NCBI GenBank assembly: GCA_005881825.1
Contig: VBEO01000071.1
Location: 1,021 to 65,020 of the forward strand
Length of the DNA stretch: 64,000 bases
DNA from: Chloroflexota bacterium
GTDB lineage: Bacteria > Chloroflexota > Dormibacteria > Dormibacterales > Dormibacteraceae
Direction: 5' to 3'
This document shows positions 27,708 through 36,802 of this stretch, piece by piece; position 1 is the stretch's first letter; each line of letters starts with the position of its first letter. The translations under genes were made by a program, and so were the position numbers. The notes beneath the pieces are model-generated. The model worked only from the letters and a program-made list of their open reading frames with translations. It had not been told where the DNA came from and did no database searches.

Positions 27708-28200
27708 CCGGGTCAGAGTGCTGAGCCTGGTGGTCGAGGACGATCCGGGCGTGCTGGAGCGCGTGGCCAGCCAGATCCGGCGTCGCGGCATCAACATCCA
27801 ATCGCTGACCGTGGGCCCGGTGGGCGGCGGCCGCTCCCGGATGACGGTGACCGTCGACGCCGGCCACGCCGAGGTCGACCAGGTGGCCAAGCAGGTGGAC
27901 AAGCTGATCGAGGTGATCGAGGTCCACGACATCACCGACGACCCGATCGTCAGCCGGGAGCTGGTGGTGGCCCGGGTCGACGTGCCCGAGCACGCGCGCG
28001 AAACATTCCTGAGCCGGCTCTCGAGCTTCGGCGGCCGGGTGGTCGACGCCCTCAACGGCAGCCTTGTGGTCGAGGTCTCGGCGGCCCCCGACCAGGTTGA
28101 AGGCTTCCTGTCGCTGCTGCGACCCTACGGGCTCTCAGAGCTGGCCCGCTCCGGGCCGGTCGCCATGCGCAAAAGCGCTTATGGGAGCTCGCACAAATGA
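27697..28200 (+). CDS. ilvN: acetolactate synthase small (regulatory) subunit
   Basis: ACT domain start [29 protein letters not shown]. Overlaps the ilvB stop. Confidence 0.9.
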   Translation: MTSNRVRVLSLVVEDDPGVLERVASQIRRRGINIQSLTVGPVGGGRSRMTVTVDAGHAEVDQVAKQVDKLIEVIEVHDITDDPIVSRELVVARVDVPEHARETFLSRLSSFGGRVVDALNGSLVVEVSAAPDQVEGFLSLLRPYGLSELARSGPVAMRKSAYGSSHK

Positions 28201-29195
28201 AGATGCACTACGACGCCGACTGCCCGCCGCGCCTGGGCGAGAAGGTGGCCGTGCTCGGCTACGGCAGCCAGGGCCACGCGCACTCCCTCAACCTCAAAGA
28301 CTCCGGCGAAGACGTCCGGGTCGGCCTCTATCCGGGCTCACGCTCCTGGGCCAAGGCGGAAAAGGCCGGTCTGCACGTAGCCGCGGTCGCGGACGCCGTG
28401 CGCGAGGCGGACGTCGTGATGGTGCTGACGCCGGACGTGGGCCAGCAGAAGCTCTACCGCGAGGCTATCGAGCCGAACTTGCGACCCGGGATGATGCTGA
28501 TGTTCGCGCACGGCTTCGCCATCCACTACGGAACTGTGCAGCCGCCAAAGGACGTCGACGTGACCATGGTTGCGCCCAAAGGTCCGGGCCATCTTGTGCG
28601 CTCGACCTATGTCGAAGGCAACGGCACGCCCGCGCTGCTGGCAGTCCACCAGGACGCCACCGGACGCGCGCGCGAGCGCACGCTGGCCTACGCCCGCGGC
28701 ATCGGGGCGGGCCGCGCCGGGATTCTGGAGACGACGTTCAAAGAAGAGACCGAGACCGATCTCTTCGGCGAGCAGGCAGTGCTCTGCGGCGGCATCTCGC
28801 GGTTGATCCAGACCGGTTTCGAGACGCTGGTCGAGGCCGGCTATCAGCCGGAGCTCGCGTACTTCGAAGTCCTGCACGAGATGAAGCTGATCGTCGACCT
28901 CATGTACCGCGGCGGGCTGGCCTTCATGCGCTACAGCGTGTCCGACACCGCCGAGTACGGCGATTACGTGTCTGGTCCGCGCGTGATCGACGAGCACGTG
29001 CGTCAGAACATGCGAGCGGTGCTCAAGGAGATCCAGGACGGCACCTTCGCCGAGAAGTGGATCGACGAGAACAACAGCAGCGGGCGCGCGCATTTCCTGG
29101 AGCTGCGCAAAGAGAACTCGGAGCACCAGATCGAGAAGGTCGGCGAGGACCTGCGCTCGATGATGCCGTGGCTGGAACCCGCGGAGAAGAACTAA
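28197..29195 (+). CDS. ilvC: ketol-acid reductoisomerase (class I)
   Basis: [17 protein letters not shown] and [21 protein letters not shown] overlap with ilvN. Confidence 0.95.
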   Translation: MKMHYDADCPPRLGEKVAVLGYGSQGHAHSLNLKDSGEDVRVGLYPGSRSWAKAEKAGLHVAAVADAVREADVVMVLTPDVGQQKLYREAIEPNLRPGMMLMFAHGFAIHYGTVQPPKDVDVTMVAPKGPGHLVRSTYVEGNGTPALLAVHQDATGRARERTLAYARGIGAGRAGILETTFKEETETDLFGEQAVLCGGISRLIQTGFETLVEAGYQPELAYFEVLHEMKLIVDLMYRGGLAFMRYSVSDTAEYGDYVSGPRVIDEHVRQNMRAVLKEIQDGTFAEKWIDENNSSGRAHFLELRKENSEHQIEKVGEDLRSMMPWLEPAEKN

Positions 29196-29392
29196 GGGAT
29201 GCAACCAAGAGATCACCCGCATCTTCGGCGCCTATGCACCCCATCTGCTGTGTCGCCTTCTCCGCTACTCGCTCACGCAGCTTTGGCTGCGCTCGCTCCG
29301 TTGCTCGGCGGCTCCTTGCATCTGGCGCACCTAGCCGCCGAATCTGTCGGCCGACCTTTCGGCCGCATCCCTAGGAGGTTGCTGACAACGAG

Positions 29393-30469
29393 ATGAGTCC
29401 TGACCGCGTCCACATCTTCGACACCACGCTCCGCGACGGCGAGCAGTCACCCGGCTTTGCGCTCGACGGCGAGCAGAAGCTGATCCTCGCGCGCCAGCTT
29501 GAGCGCCTCGGTGTGGACGTGATCGAGGCCGGCTTTCCCATCTCCTCGCCCGGCGATTTCGAAGCCTGCCGGCTGATCGCGCGCGAGGTGCGCCGCCCGG
29601 TGATCACCGCGCTGGCGCGCGCGGTGCCGCAGGACATCGACGCCGTTTGGGGCGCCATCCGCGAGGCCGAGCGGCCGCAGATCCACATCGTGCTTTCGGT
29701 CTCCGACATCCACATCGAGCGCAAGCTGGGCCTGCGCCGCGACGAGGTGATACGTCGCGGCGAGAAGGCCGTCGCCTATGCGCGCGAGCTATGCGATGAG
29801 GTGCAGTACTCGCCCGAGGATGCCGGCCGCGCCGACCGCGACTACCTGGCGGAAACGGTGGAGCGCATGCTCGACGCCGGCGCCACCGTGATCAACATCC
29901 CCGACACCACGGGCTACTGTCTGCCGCAGGAATTCGGAGAGCTGGTCCGCTACGTGCTGGCGAACGTGCGCAAGCCCGAGCGCGCGCTCTTCAGCGTGCA
30001 CTGCCACAACGACCTCGGCCTCGCCGTCGCCAACTCTCTGGCCGCCGTAGAAGCCGGAGCGCGGCGCGTCGAGTGCACGGTCAACGGCATCGGCGAGCGC
30101 GCAGGCAACGCGTCGCTGGAGGAGGTGGTGATGGTGCTGCGCGTACGCCAGGCCGCGCTCGGCGTGGAGACGGGTATAGCCACGCCGCAGATCGCGCCCA
30201 CCTCGCGGCTGCTGACCGACCTGACGGGTGTTGGCGTGCAGCCCAACAAGGCGGTGGTCGGCGCCAACGCCTTTGCGCACACGGCGCGCTCCGGGCGGCA
30301 CGCCTTCAAGCACCGCCTGCGCGTGCTCGGCATCGTGCTCGGCGACGAGCAGGTGCAGCCCGCGTGGGAGCGCTTCCTGTCGGTGGCCGACCGCAAGAAG
30401 GAAGTGACGGACGCCGACCTCATCGAGATCTCTGCTTTCGTCAAGCGCGAGATAGCCCGGTCGGCCTGA
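29393..30469 (+). CDS. leuA: 2-isopropylmalate synthase-like protein, internally deleted and lacking the C-terminal regulatory domain
   Basis: IFDTTLRDGEQSPG, HCHNDLGLAVANSLAA, NGIGERAGNASLEEV. The ORF is only 358 aa, and AFAH runs straight into TARSGRHAFKHRL. Confidence 0.75.
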   Translation: MSPDRVHIFDTTLRDGEQSPGFALDGEQKLILARQLERLGVDVIEAGFPISSPGDFEACRLIAREVRRPVITALARAVPQDIDAVWGAIREAERPQIHIVLSVSDIHIERKLGLRRDEVIRRGEKAVAYARELCDEVQYSPEDAGRADRDYLAETVERMLDAGATVINIPDTTGYCLPQEFGELVRYVLANVRKPERALFSVHCHNDLGLAVANSLAAVEAGARRVECTVNGIGERAGNASLEEVVMVLRVRQAALGVETGIATPQIAPTSRLLTDLTGVGVQPNKAVVGANAFAHTARSGRHAFKHRLRVLGIVLGDEQVQPAWERFLSVADRKKEVTDADLIEISAFVKREIARSA

Positions 30470-31311
30470 AGATCGGGTTCCAGGGGGAGCCCGGCGCCTA
30501 CTCCGAAGAGGCCGCGCTGCTGCTCTTCCCCGACGCCGAGACGGTTGGCCACGCGTCATTCCGGATGGCATTCGAGGCGCTGGTCGACTGCAGTGTCGAC
30601 GCCTGCGTGCTGCCGGTCGAGAACTCGCTGGGCGGAATCGTGCAGGAGGTCAACGATTACCTGTGGGAGTTCCACCCGGCGGCGCCAGCCGCCGGAGCGC
30701 GTACCGGCCTGCGGGTAACACGCGAGCACGTGCACCCGGTGCTGCACTGCCTGGTCGGCAGGCGCGACGCACCCATCGCGCGCGCACTTTCACATCCTCA
30801 GGCGCTGGCGCAGTGCCGGAACTGGCTGCACGCGCACGGCATCGAAGAGGTAACCGGACAGGACACCGCGGGCTCCGCGCGCTGGCTGGCGGAGCATCCG
30901 ACGCCGGGCCTGGCCGCGATCGCCTCGGCGGCGGCCGCGCGCCGCTACGACCTGGAGGTGCTCGCCGAGGGCATCCAGGACGACCTCTCCAACCGGACCC
31001 GCTTCCTGGTCGTCGATCGCGGGCGCCCCGCGCGGCCGGCCGAGTGCGGGCCGGGCTGCCGGTCGTCCCTGGCCATGGTCACCGCCCACAAGCCCGGCTC
31101 GCTGGTGGAGGCGTTGCAGTGTTTTTCGGAGCGGGGTGTCAACCTCTCCCGGCTCGACTCCCGGCCGATCGCCGGGCGGCCGTTCCAGTACCGCTTCTAC
31201 CTGGACTTCGAGGTCGGTGATGCGAGCGCCGCGGAGGCCGCGCTCGCACAGCTGGAGTCGGTGGCAGCCGAGGTCAGGCTGTTCGGAACCTACCCGGCCG
31301 CGTTGGGCTAA
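30466..31311 (+). CDS. pheA: prephenate dehydratase with ACT domain
   Basis: KIGFQGEPGAYSEEAA, PVENSLGG, TRFLVV, ACT-type tail. The proposed start is CTG 30466 in a CTGA overlap. The nearest canonical start is GTG 30364. Confidence 0.8.
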   Translation: MKIGFQGEPGAYSEEAALLLFPDAETVGHASFRMAFEALVDCSVDACVLPVENSLGGIVQEVNDYLWEFHPAAPAAGARTGLRVTREHVHPVLHCLVGRRDAPIARALSHPQALAQCRNWLHAHGIEEVTGQDTAGSARWLAEHPTPGLAAIASAAAARRYDLEVLAEGIQDDLSNRTRFLVVDRGRPARPAECGPGCRSSLAMVTAHKPGSLVEALQCFSERGVNLSRLDSRPIAGRPFQYRFYLDFEVGDASAAEAALAQLESVAAEVRLFGTYPAALG

Positions 31312-31709
31312 CCCCCGATGAACTCGTCAAAGGCGGCCTGGTCTTCACCGAAGCGCCAGAACTCCTTGAGTCTGCCCTCGGAGTCGGGGTGCATGACGTC
31401 CACCGCCTTTGCGTCCAGCGTCTTGCCGCCGCGCGTGAGCTTGACGTTGATCAGCGCGATGGTGTGCTCGTCGCTGGCCAGCAGATCGTGCAGCTCGGTC
31501 TCCTGGCTGTCGTACAAAGCCATGTATTTGCCGAGCATCTCCATGACCTGCTGCTTGCCCCTGTAGGTGCCCGCGAGCGAGCTCTTACCCGGCACGTGCC
31601 AGACGATGTCGTCGGCGAAGATCTGCATCACGGTCTCGACATCGCCCTCCTCGAAGGCTTTGTAGCCCTTGCGCGCCATCTCCTCGTTCCGCTTCGCTAC
31701 CTCGACCAT
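31308..31709 (-). CDS. SnoaL-like / NTF2-fold protein
   Basis: 133-aa ORF with a typical SnoaL-like N-terminus (NEEMARKGYKAFEEGDVETVMQIFADDIVWHVPG). Confidence 0.7.
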   Translation of the reverse strand: MVEVAKRNEEMARKGYKAFEEGDVETVMQIFADDIVWHVPGKSSLAGTYRGKQQVMEMLGKYMALYDSQETELHDLLASDEHTIALINVKLTRGGKTLDAKAVDVMHPDSEGRLKEFWRFGEDQAAFDEFIGG

Positions 31710-31773
31710 GCCTTTTCCCCCATGAATGGTCGCCGTTTGGAACCAGTCCAGTCTGACGCTGTGCGCGGCCCTG

Positions 31774-33177
31774 TCAAGCGGCCTTGACGGCCGCCACCAG
31801 CTTGGTCAGCGACTCCTTGGCGTCGCCGAAGAGCATGATCGTCTTGGGGTCATACAGCAGCTCGTTGTCGATGCCGGCGAAGCCGGGCCGCATCGACCGC
31901 TTGAGGAAGACGACGTTGTGGGCGTCGTCCACGTTGAGGATCGGCATCCCGTAGATCGGGCTGCCCGGCGAGTTGCGCGCGGCGGGGTTGACGACGTCGT
32001 TGGCGCCCACCACCAGCACCACGTCGGTGCTCTTGAAGTCGTCGTTGATCTCGTCCATCTCCTTCAGCTGCTCGTAGGGCACGTTGGCCTCGGCCAGGAG
32101 GACGTTCATGTGCCCCGGCATCCGCCCCGCCACGGGATGGATTGCGTAATCGACCGCGACGCCCTTCTTCTCCAGGAGGTCGGCCAGCTCGCGGACCACG
32201 TGCTGCGCCTGCGCGACCGCCAGGCCGTAGCCGGGCACGATGATCACCCGCCGCGAGTACGCGAGCATGGTGCCGATGTCGTCGGCCTGACCCGCGCGCA
32301 CGCTCTTGCCCTCCGCACCCGCGGCACCGGCAGGTCCGGCCACGGGGCTGCCCACCGCAGCGAACAGGACGTTGGCGATGGAGCGGCCCATGGCCTGCGA
32401 CATCAGCAGCGTCAGCAACGTACCCGAGGCTCCGACCAGGGTTCCCGCCACGATCAGGGCGAAGTTGTCGAGGATGAAGCCGGAGGCGGCCACGGCCAGG
32501 CCGGTGAAGGCGTTGAGCAGCGAGATCACGACCGGCATGTCGGCCCCGCCGATGGGGAGCACGAAGGCCACACCCAGCACCAGCGCCAGCACCAGCAGCG
32601 CGCTGAAGGCGAGCGCGAGGTTGCTGAAGCCGATCAGGTAGACGGCCAGCGCGACGATCGCGAGGGCGACCAGGCCGTTCACCACCTGCTGGCCCGGATA
32701 GGTGATGGGCGTCCCGGTCATCAGCTCCTGCAGCTTGGCGAAGGCGATCATCGAGCCCGCGAAGGAGATGCCCCCCACCACGATCGAGAAGACGGATGGG
32801 AACGACTCGGCGGGCGAGGGGTGGGTGCCCAGGATGTAGCTCAGCTCATAGACCGCCACCAGAGCGGCCGCGCCGCCGCCCACGCCGTTGAACAGCGCCA
32901 CCATCTGCGGCATCGCGGTCATGCGCACTCGGCGCGCGCCGACGGTGCCGACGATCGAGCCCACGGCCACGCCGACCAGCGCCAGCACCGAGCCCGTGAA
33001 CGTGAAGCGGCGCAGCAGGCCGAGGTTGACAACCGTGGCCAGCAGTGCGATCAGCATTCCCACCGCGGAGGTCCAGTTGCCTCGCCGAGCGCCCTTGGGC
33101 GAGCTGAGCTGCTTCATGCCCAGGATGAAGAGCGCCGCCGCCACCAGATACAGCGCCTGCAGCAGGAGCGTGCTCAC
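31774..33177 (-). CDS. pntB: NAD(P) transhydrogenase subunit beta
   Basis: Polytopic N-terminal half, then PGYGLAVAQAQH, HPVAGRMPGHMNVLLAEA, GANDVVNP. Confidence 0.93.
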   Translation of the reverse strand: MSTLLLQALYLVAAALFILGMKQLSSPKGARRGNWTSAVGMLIALLATVVNLGLLRRFTFTGSVLALVGVAVGSIVGTVGARRVRMTAMPQMVALFNGVGGGAAALVAVYELSYILGTHPSPAESFPSVFSIVVGGISFAGSMIAFAKLQELMTGTPITYPGQQVVNGLVALAIVALAVYLIGFSNLALAFSALLVLALVLGVAFVLPIGGADMPVVISLLNAFTGLAVAASGFILDNFALIVAGTLVGASGTLLTLLMSQAMGRSIANVLFAAVGSPVAGPAGAAGAEGKSVRAGQADDIGTMLAYSRRVIIVPGYGLAVAQAQHVVRELADLLEKKGVAVDYAIHPVAGRMPGHMNVLLAEANVPYEQLKEMDEINDDFKSTDVVLVVGANDVVNPAARNSPGSPIYGMPILNVDDAHNVVFLKRSMRPGFAGIDNELLYDPKTIMLFGDAKESLTKLVAAVKAA

Positions 33178-33461
33178 TGGCGGCGGCCCCGGAACATCTC
33201 CAGCATGCGATCGGTCACCACGAAGCCGCCGACCACGTTGGTGGTCGCCAGCACCACGGCTACGAAGCCGAGCAAGTAACCGACGGGATCGTGCGCGCTG
33301 CCGGCGATGATCAGCGCGCCGACCAGGATGATGCCGTGGATCGCATTCGTGCCCGACATCAGCGGGGTGTGCAGGATGGTCGGCACCTTCGAGATGACCT
33401 CGATGCCGACGAAGATCGCCAGCACGAAGTAGGTGACCAGAGTGAGGAGCTCGGTCGTCAT
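33174..33461 (-). CDS. pntAB: NAD(P) transhydrogenase subunit alpha part 2
   Basis: 95-aa membrane protein (HTPLMSGTNAIHGIILVGA). ATGA-type overlaps on both sides. Confidence 0.88.
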   Translation of the reverse strand: MTTELLTLVTYFVLAIFVGIEVISKVPTILHTPLMSGTNAIHGIILVGALIIAGSAHDPVGYLLGFVAVVLATTNVVGGFVVTDRMLEMFRGRRQ

Positions 33462-34585
33462 GGGGCCATCATCTTGCGAGCGTTTTCGTTGACGACCTCG
33501 CCGCCATGCGTCACCACCGCGCCCTTGATCACGTCGTCCTCGAGGTCGAGGTTGAGCTGGCCGTCCTTGATCATCAGCAGCAGCAGGTTGGCGACGTTTC
33601 GCGCGTACAGCTGGCTCGCGTGCACGGGGATCGTGCTGGGCACGTTGCGGGTGCCGTCGATGGTCACGCCGCCGACCTCCACCACCTCGCCGGCCTTGGT
33701 CAGCTCGACGTTGCCGCCGCCGTCGGCCGCCAGGTCGACGATCACCGACCCCGGGCGCATGCCCTTGACCATCTCGGCGGTGACCAGGACGGGCGCCTTG
33801 CGGCCGGGGACGGCGGCGGTGGTGATCACGACGTCGGCCGCGGCCACCCGCTCGGTGAGCAGCTCCCGCTGCTTGGCCAGGAACTCATCGGACTGTTCGC
33901 GCGCGTAGCCGCCCTGGCCCTCCTGGGCTTCCAGGTTGAGCTCCAGGAACGTGGCCCCAAGTGATTTGACCTCGTCCCGAACCGCGGGCCTGACGTCGTA
34001 AGCCTCGACCACCGCCCCCAGGCGGCGGGCGGTGGCGATGGCCTGCAGCCCCGCCACCCCGGCGCCCAGGACCAGCACGCGCGCAGGCGCGATGGTGCCG
34101 GCGGCGCTCATCAGCATCGGGAAGTACTTCCCCAGCCGGACCGCCGCCATCAGCACCGCCTTGTAACCGGCCAGCGAGGCTTGCGAGGACAGCGCGTCCA
34201 TGGACTGGGCGCGCGAGATGCGCGGCACCATCTCCAGCGAAAAGGCGGTGACGCCGTGCTTGGCCAGGGCCTTGACGGCCGCGGCGCTCGTCGCCGGCTG
34301 CAGGAAGCCGATGCTGAGCGCGCCCTTGCGCATGGCCTTGACGTCGCCGTCGGCCGGGGGCTGCACGCGCAGAACGATGTCGGCGGCGGCCAGCGCCTTG
34401 GCGTGCTCCCGGACGACCTTGGCCCCGGCCGCCTCGAAGGCGGCGTCCGGGAAGCTGGCCTCCTCGCCGGCGCCCGCCTCGACGGTCACCTCCAGGCCGG
34501 CGGCGACCATCTTGGCGACCGTCTCCGGGGTGGCCGCGACCCGGCGCTCGCCGGGCATGGTCTCACGCACGACCAGGACTTTCAC
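33458..34585 (-). CDS. pntAA: NAD(P) transhydrogenase subunit alpha part 1
   Basis: Alanine-dehydrogenase-like fold: RRVAATPETV, VLVLGAGVAGLQAIATARRLGA. GTG start. Confidence 0.92.
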   Translation of the reverse strand: MKVLVVRETMPGERRVAATPETVAKMVAAGLEVTVEAGAGEEASFPDAAFEAAGAKVVREHAKALAAADIVLRVQPPADGDVKAMRKGALSIGFLQPATSAAAVKALAKHGVTAFSLEMVPRISRAQSMDALSSQASLAGYKAVLMAAVRLGKYFPMLMSAAGTIAPARVLVLGAGVAGLQAIATARRLGAVVEAYDVRPAVRDEVKSLGATFLELNLEAQEGQGGYAREQSDEFLAKQRELLTERVAAADVVITTAAVPGRKAPVLVTAEMVKGMRPGSVIVDLAADGGGNVELTKAGEVVEVGGVTIDGTRNVPSTIPVHASQLYARNVANLLLLMIKDGQLNLDLEDDVIKGAVVTHGGEVVNENARKMMAP

Positions 34586-34815
34586 AGCGGCGTGAATCTA
34601 CTGGAAGCCGAGGTGGAGGCGCGCCTCCAATAAAGAAGCGCGCCGGCAGTGGGGCCCACCGGCGCGCCTGGGAGAGAAGGGAGTCAGGGAATGGGGACAG
34701 CCCCGATTCTGACCGCCGCGCCGTCCCGATAGGTGGGCATGCGACGAACATCTCACCGTCGGAATGGGGTCACCCAGCCAAGCGGATAGGATTAAAACCC
34801 CGATTTCAGGGGCTT

Positions 34816-36621
34816 ATGTCGAATGTGAAGGTCAACGAGCTCACCTTCCAGGCCGCCACCGTCAACGGATCCGGCAGCCAGTCAGCCAACATGGTCCTGA
34901 CCCGCGCCATCTTCTCCATGGGCATCCCGGTCGCGCCCAAGAACGTGTTCCCCAGCAATATCGAGGGGCTGCCGACCTGGTACCAGCTGCGGATCACGCC
35001 CGAGGGCTACATGGCGCGCAAGGGCGACCCCGACGTCCTGGTCGCGCTCAATCCCGCGACCTGGGCCAACGACCTGAAAACCGTGCGTCCGGGCGGGGCC
35101 GTGATCCACGAGGAGGCCTACTCCACCGCCGACGCCCGGGACGACGTCACCTACTACCCGGTTCCCTTCGCCAAGCTGGCCAAGACGCGCATCGCCAGCG
35201 ACACCCTCCGCAAGCAGCTCACCAACATGCTTTACGTGGGCCTTGTGGGCGGGCTGCTCGGCATTCCGCGTGACCGCCTGGAGCACGGCGTGCAGCGCGT
35301 CTTCCAGACCAAGCCCAAGGCCTGGCAGGTCAACCTCGACGCCGTCAACGTCGGCTACGACTTCTGGGAGGAGAACTTCCGCGACCGGCCCTGCGGCTTC
35401 CGGCTGGAGCCGGTCAAGGGCAAGGTTGACGGGCTGGTACTGGTCGAGGGCAACCAGGCGGCCGCCCTGGGCGCGCTGATGGGCGGCGTCACCGTCGCGG
35501 CCTGGTATCCCATCACGCCCAGCTCCAGCCTCTGCGAGAACCTGATCGCTTACGCCGACCGCTTTCGCGTCGATCCCAAGACCGGAGAGCGTTTGATCTC
35601 GGTGGTGCAGGCCGAGGACGAGCTGGCGGCGCTCGGGATGGCGATCGGCGCGGGCTGGGCCGGTGCGCGGGCCATGACCTCCACCAGCGGGCCCGGCATC
35701 TCCCTGATGGCCGAGTTCAGCGGCCTCGCCTACTACGCCGAGATCCCGGTCGTGATCTTCGACATCCAGCGCGTCGGTCCGTCCACGGGCCTGCCCACGC
35801 GGACCATGCAGGGCGACGTCAGCTTCGCCTACTCGCTCTCCCACGGCGACACCCGGCACCTGGTGCTGCTGCCGGGCAACGTCGAGGAGTGCTACGAGTT
35901 CGCACGCACCGCCTTCGATCTCGCCGACCGATTCCAGGCCCCGGTCTTCGTGCTCTCCGACCTCGACCTGGGCATGAACCTCTGGATGACGTCCAAGTTC
36001 AAGTATCCGGAGGCGGACTTCGACCGCGGCAAGGTCCTCAGCGCCGAGCAGATCGAGAAGCTGCAGGGCGACTGGGGCCGCTACCGGGACGTCGACGGTG
36101 ACGGCATCACCTACCGCACCCTGCCGGGCACGGAGCACCCGCTGGCCGGCTACTTCACCCGCGGCTCCGGCCACGACGAGAACGCGCGCTACACCGAAAG
36201 CGCCGAGGCTTACGCCCGCAACATGGACCGCCTGGCCCGCAAGCTGGAAGGCGCCCGTTCGGCATTGCCGCAACCAATCCTGGACGAACCGGGTTCAGAA
36301 GTCGGCTTGATCGCTTTCGGCTCGACCGACGCCGCCATCGCCGAGGCCCGCGCCGTGCTTTCCGAATCCGGGATGCGCACCGATTACCTGCGCCTGCGCG
36401 CCCTGCCCATATCGAAGGCGGTGGGCGAGTTCGTGGCCCGGCACGAGCGGGTTTACGTGGTGGAGCAGAACCGCGACGGGCAGGTTTACGACCTGGTGCG
36501 GCTGGAGCTGGCGCCGGACCAGGTCGGCAAGCTGCGCTCGATTCGTTACTACGACGGCCAGCCAATCCCCGCCGAGGCCATTACCCGACCTCTCATGGAA
36601 CTGGAGGCGGTGCCGGCATGA
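34816..36621 (+). CDS. korA: 2-oxoacid:ferredoxin oxidoreductase alpha subunit (fused gamma-alpha type)
   Basis: VNGSGSQSANMVL, PITPSSSL, VVIFDIQRVGPSTGLPT. Confidence 0.85.
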   Translation: MSNVKVNELTFQAATVNGSGSQSANMVLTRAIFSMGIPVAPKNVFPSNIEGLPTWYQLRITPEGYMARKGDPDVLVALNPATWANDLKTVRPGGAVIHEEAYSTADARDDVTYYPVPFAKLAKTRIASDTLRKQLTNMLYVGLVGGLLGIPRDRLEHGVQRVFQTKPKAWQVNLDAVNVGYDFWEENFRDRPCGFRLEPVKGKVDGLVLVEGNQAAALGALMGGVTVAAWYPITPSSSLCENLIAYADRFRVDPKTGERLISVVQAEDELAALGMAIGAGWAGARAMTSTSGPGISLMAEFSGLAYYAEIPVVIFDIQRVGPSTGLPTRTMQGDVSFAYSLSHGDTRHLVLLPGNVEECYEFARTAFDLADRFQAPVFVLSDLDLGMNLWMTSKFKYPEADFDRGKVLSAEQIEKLQGDWGRYRDVDGDGITYRTLPGTEHPLAGYFTRGSGHDENARYTESAEAYARNMDRLARKLEGARSALPQPILDEPGSEVGLIAFGSTDAAIAEARAVLSESGMRTDYLRLRALPISKAVGEFVARHERVYVVEQNRDGQVYDLVRLELAPDQVGKLRSIRYYDGQPIPAEAITRPLMELEAVPA

Positions 36622-36722
36622 CGCCGAGAGCTGCGGTGGGCTGGCACACGAGGCCAAGGAGCCACGGAGCACGTGAGGGAGCGCACCTGAGGGTGCGTGA
36701 GCGAGCGCGCGCACACGGCGAC

Positions 36723-36790
36723 GCCGGCATCGTGGCGCCCGACCGCCGCAGATCCGGCGGCGATGCCGGCGCCGCCTCCAGAGAGGCGGT
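36723..36790. repeat. GCCGGC-core palindromic module inside the korA-korB spacer
   Basis: Arms gccggcatcg (36723-32) and cgatgccggc (36761-70), inner hairpin ccgccg-cagatc-cggcgg, then gccgcctc-caga-gaggcggt (36771-90). The segment gccggca(tc)gtggcgccc(g)accgccg closely matches 50673-50697. Confidence 0.55.
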
Positions 36791-36802
36791 GCCCGCTTAG
36801 AC

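Noticed and set aside
29199-29396. 65-aa ORF exactly filling the ilvC-leuA gap. It is Leu-rich and ends in an ATGA overlap with leuA, so it could be a leader peptide.
   Set aside because: Its codon usage is atypical for this genome (many CTA, TTG, TCT, GCT, AGA and CAA codons). It has no run of consecutive Leu codons and no terminator follows it. It was treated as non-coding spacer, though this is not excluded.
36618-36800. 60-aa ORF exactly filling the korA-korB gap, with an ATGA overlap on the korA stop.
   Set aside because: Its composition is Arg-rich and junk-like, it uses AGA/AGG codons, and the DNA is dominated by palindromic repeats.
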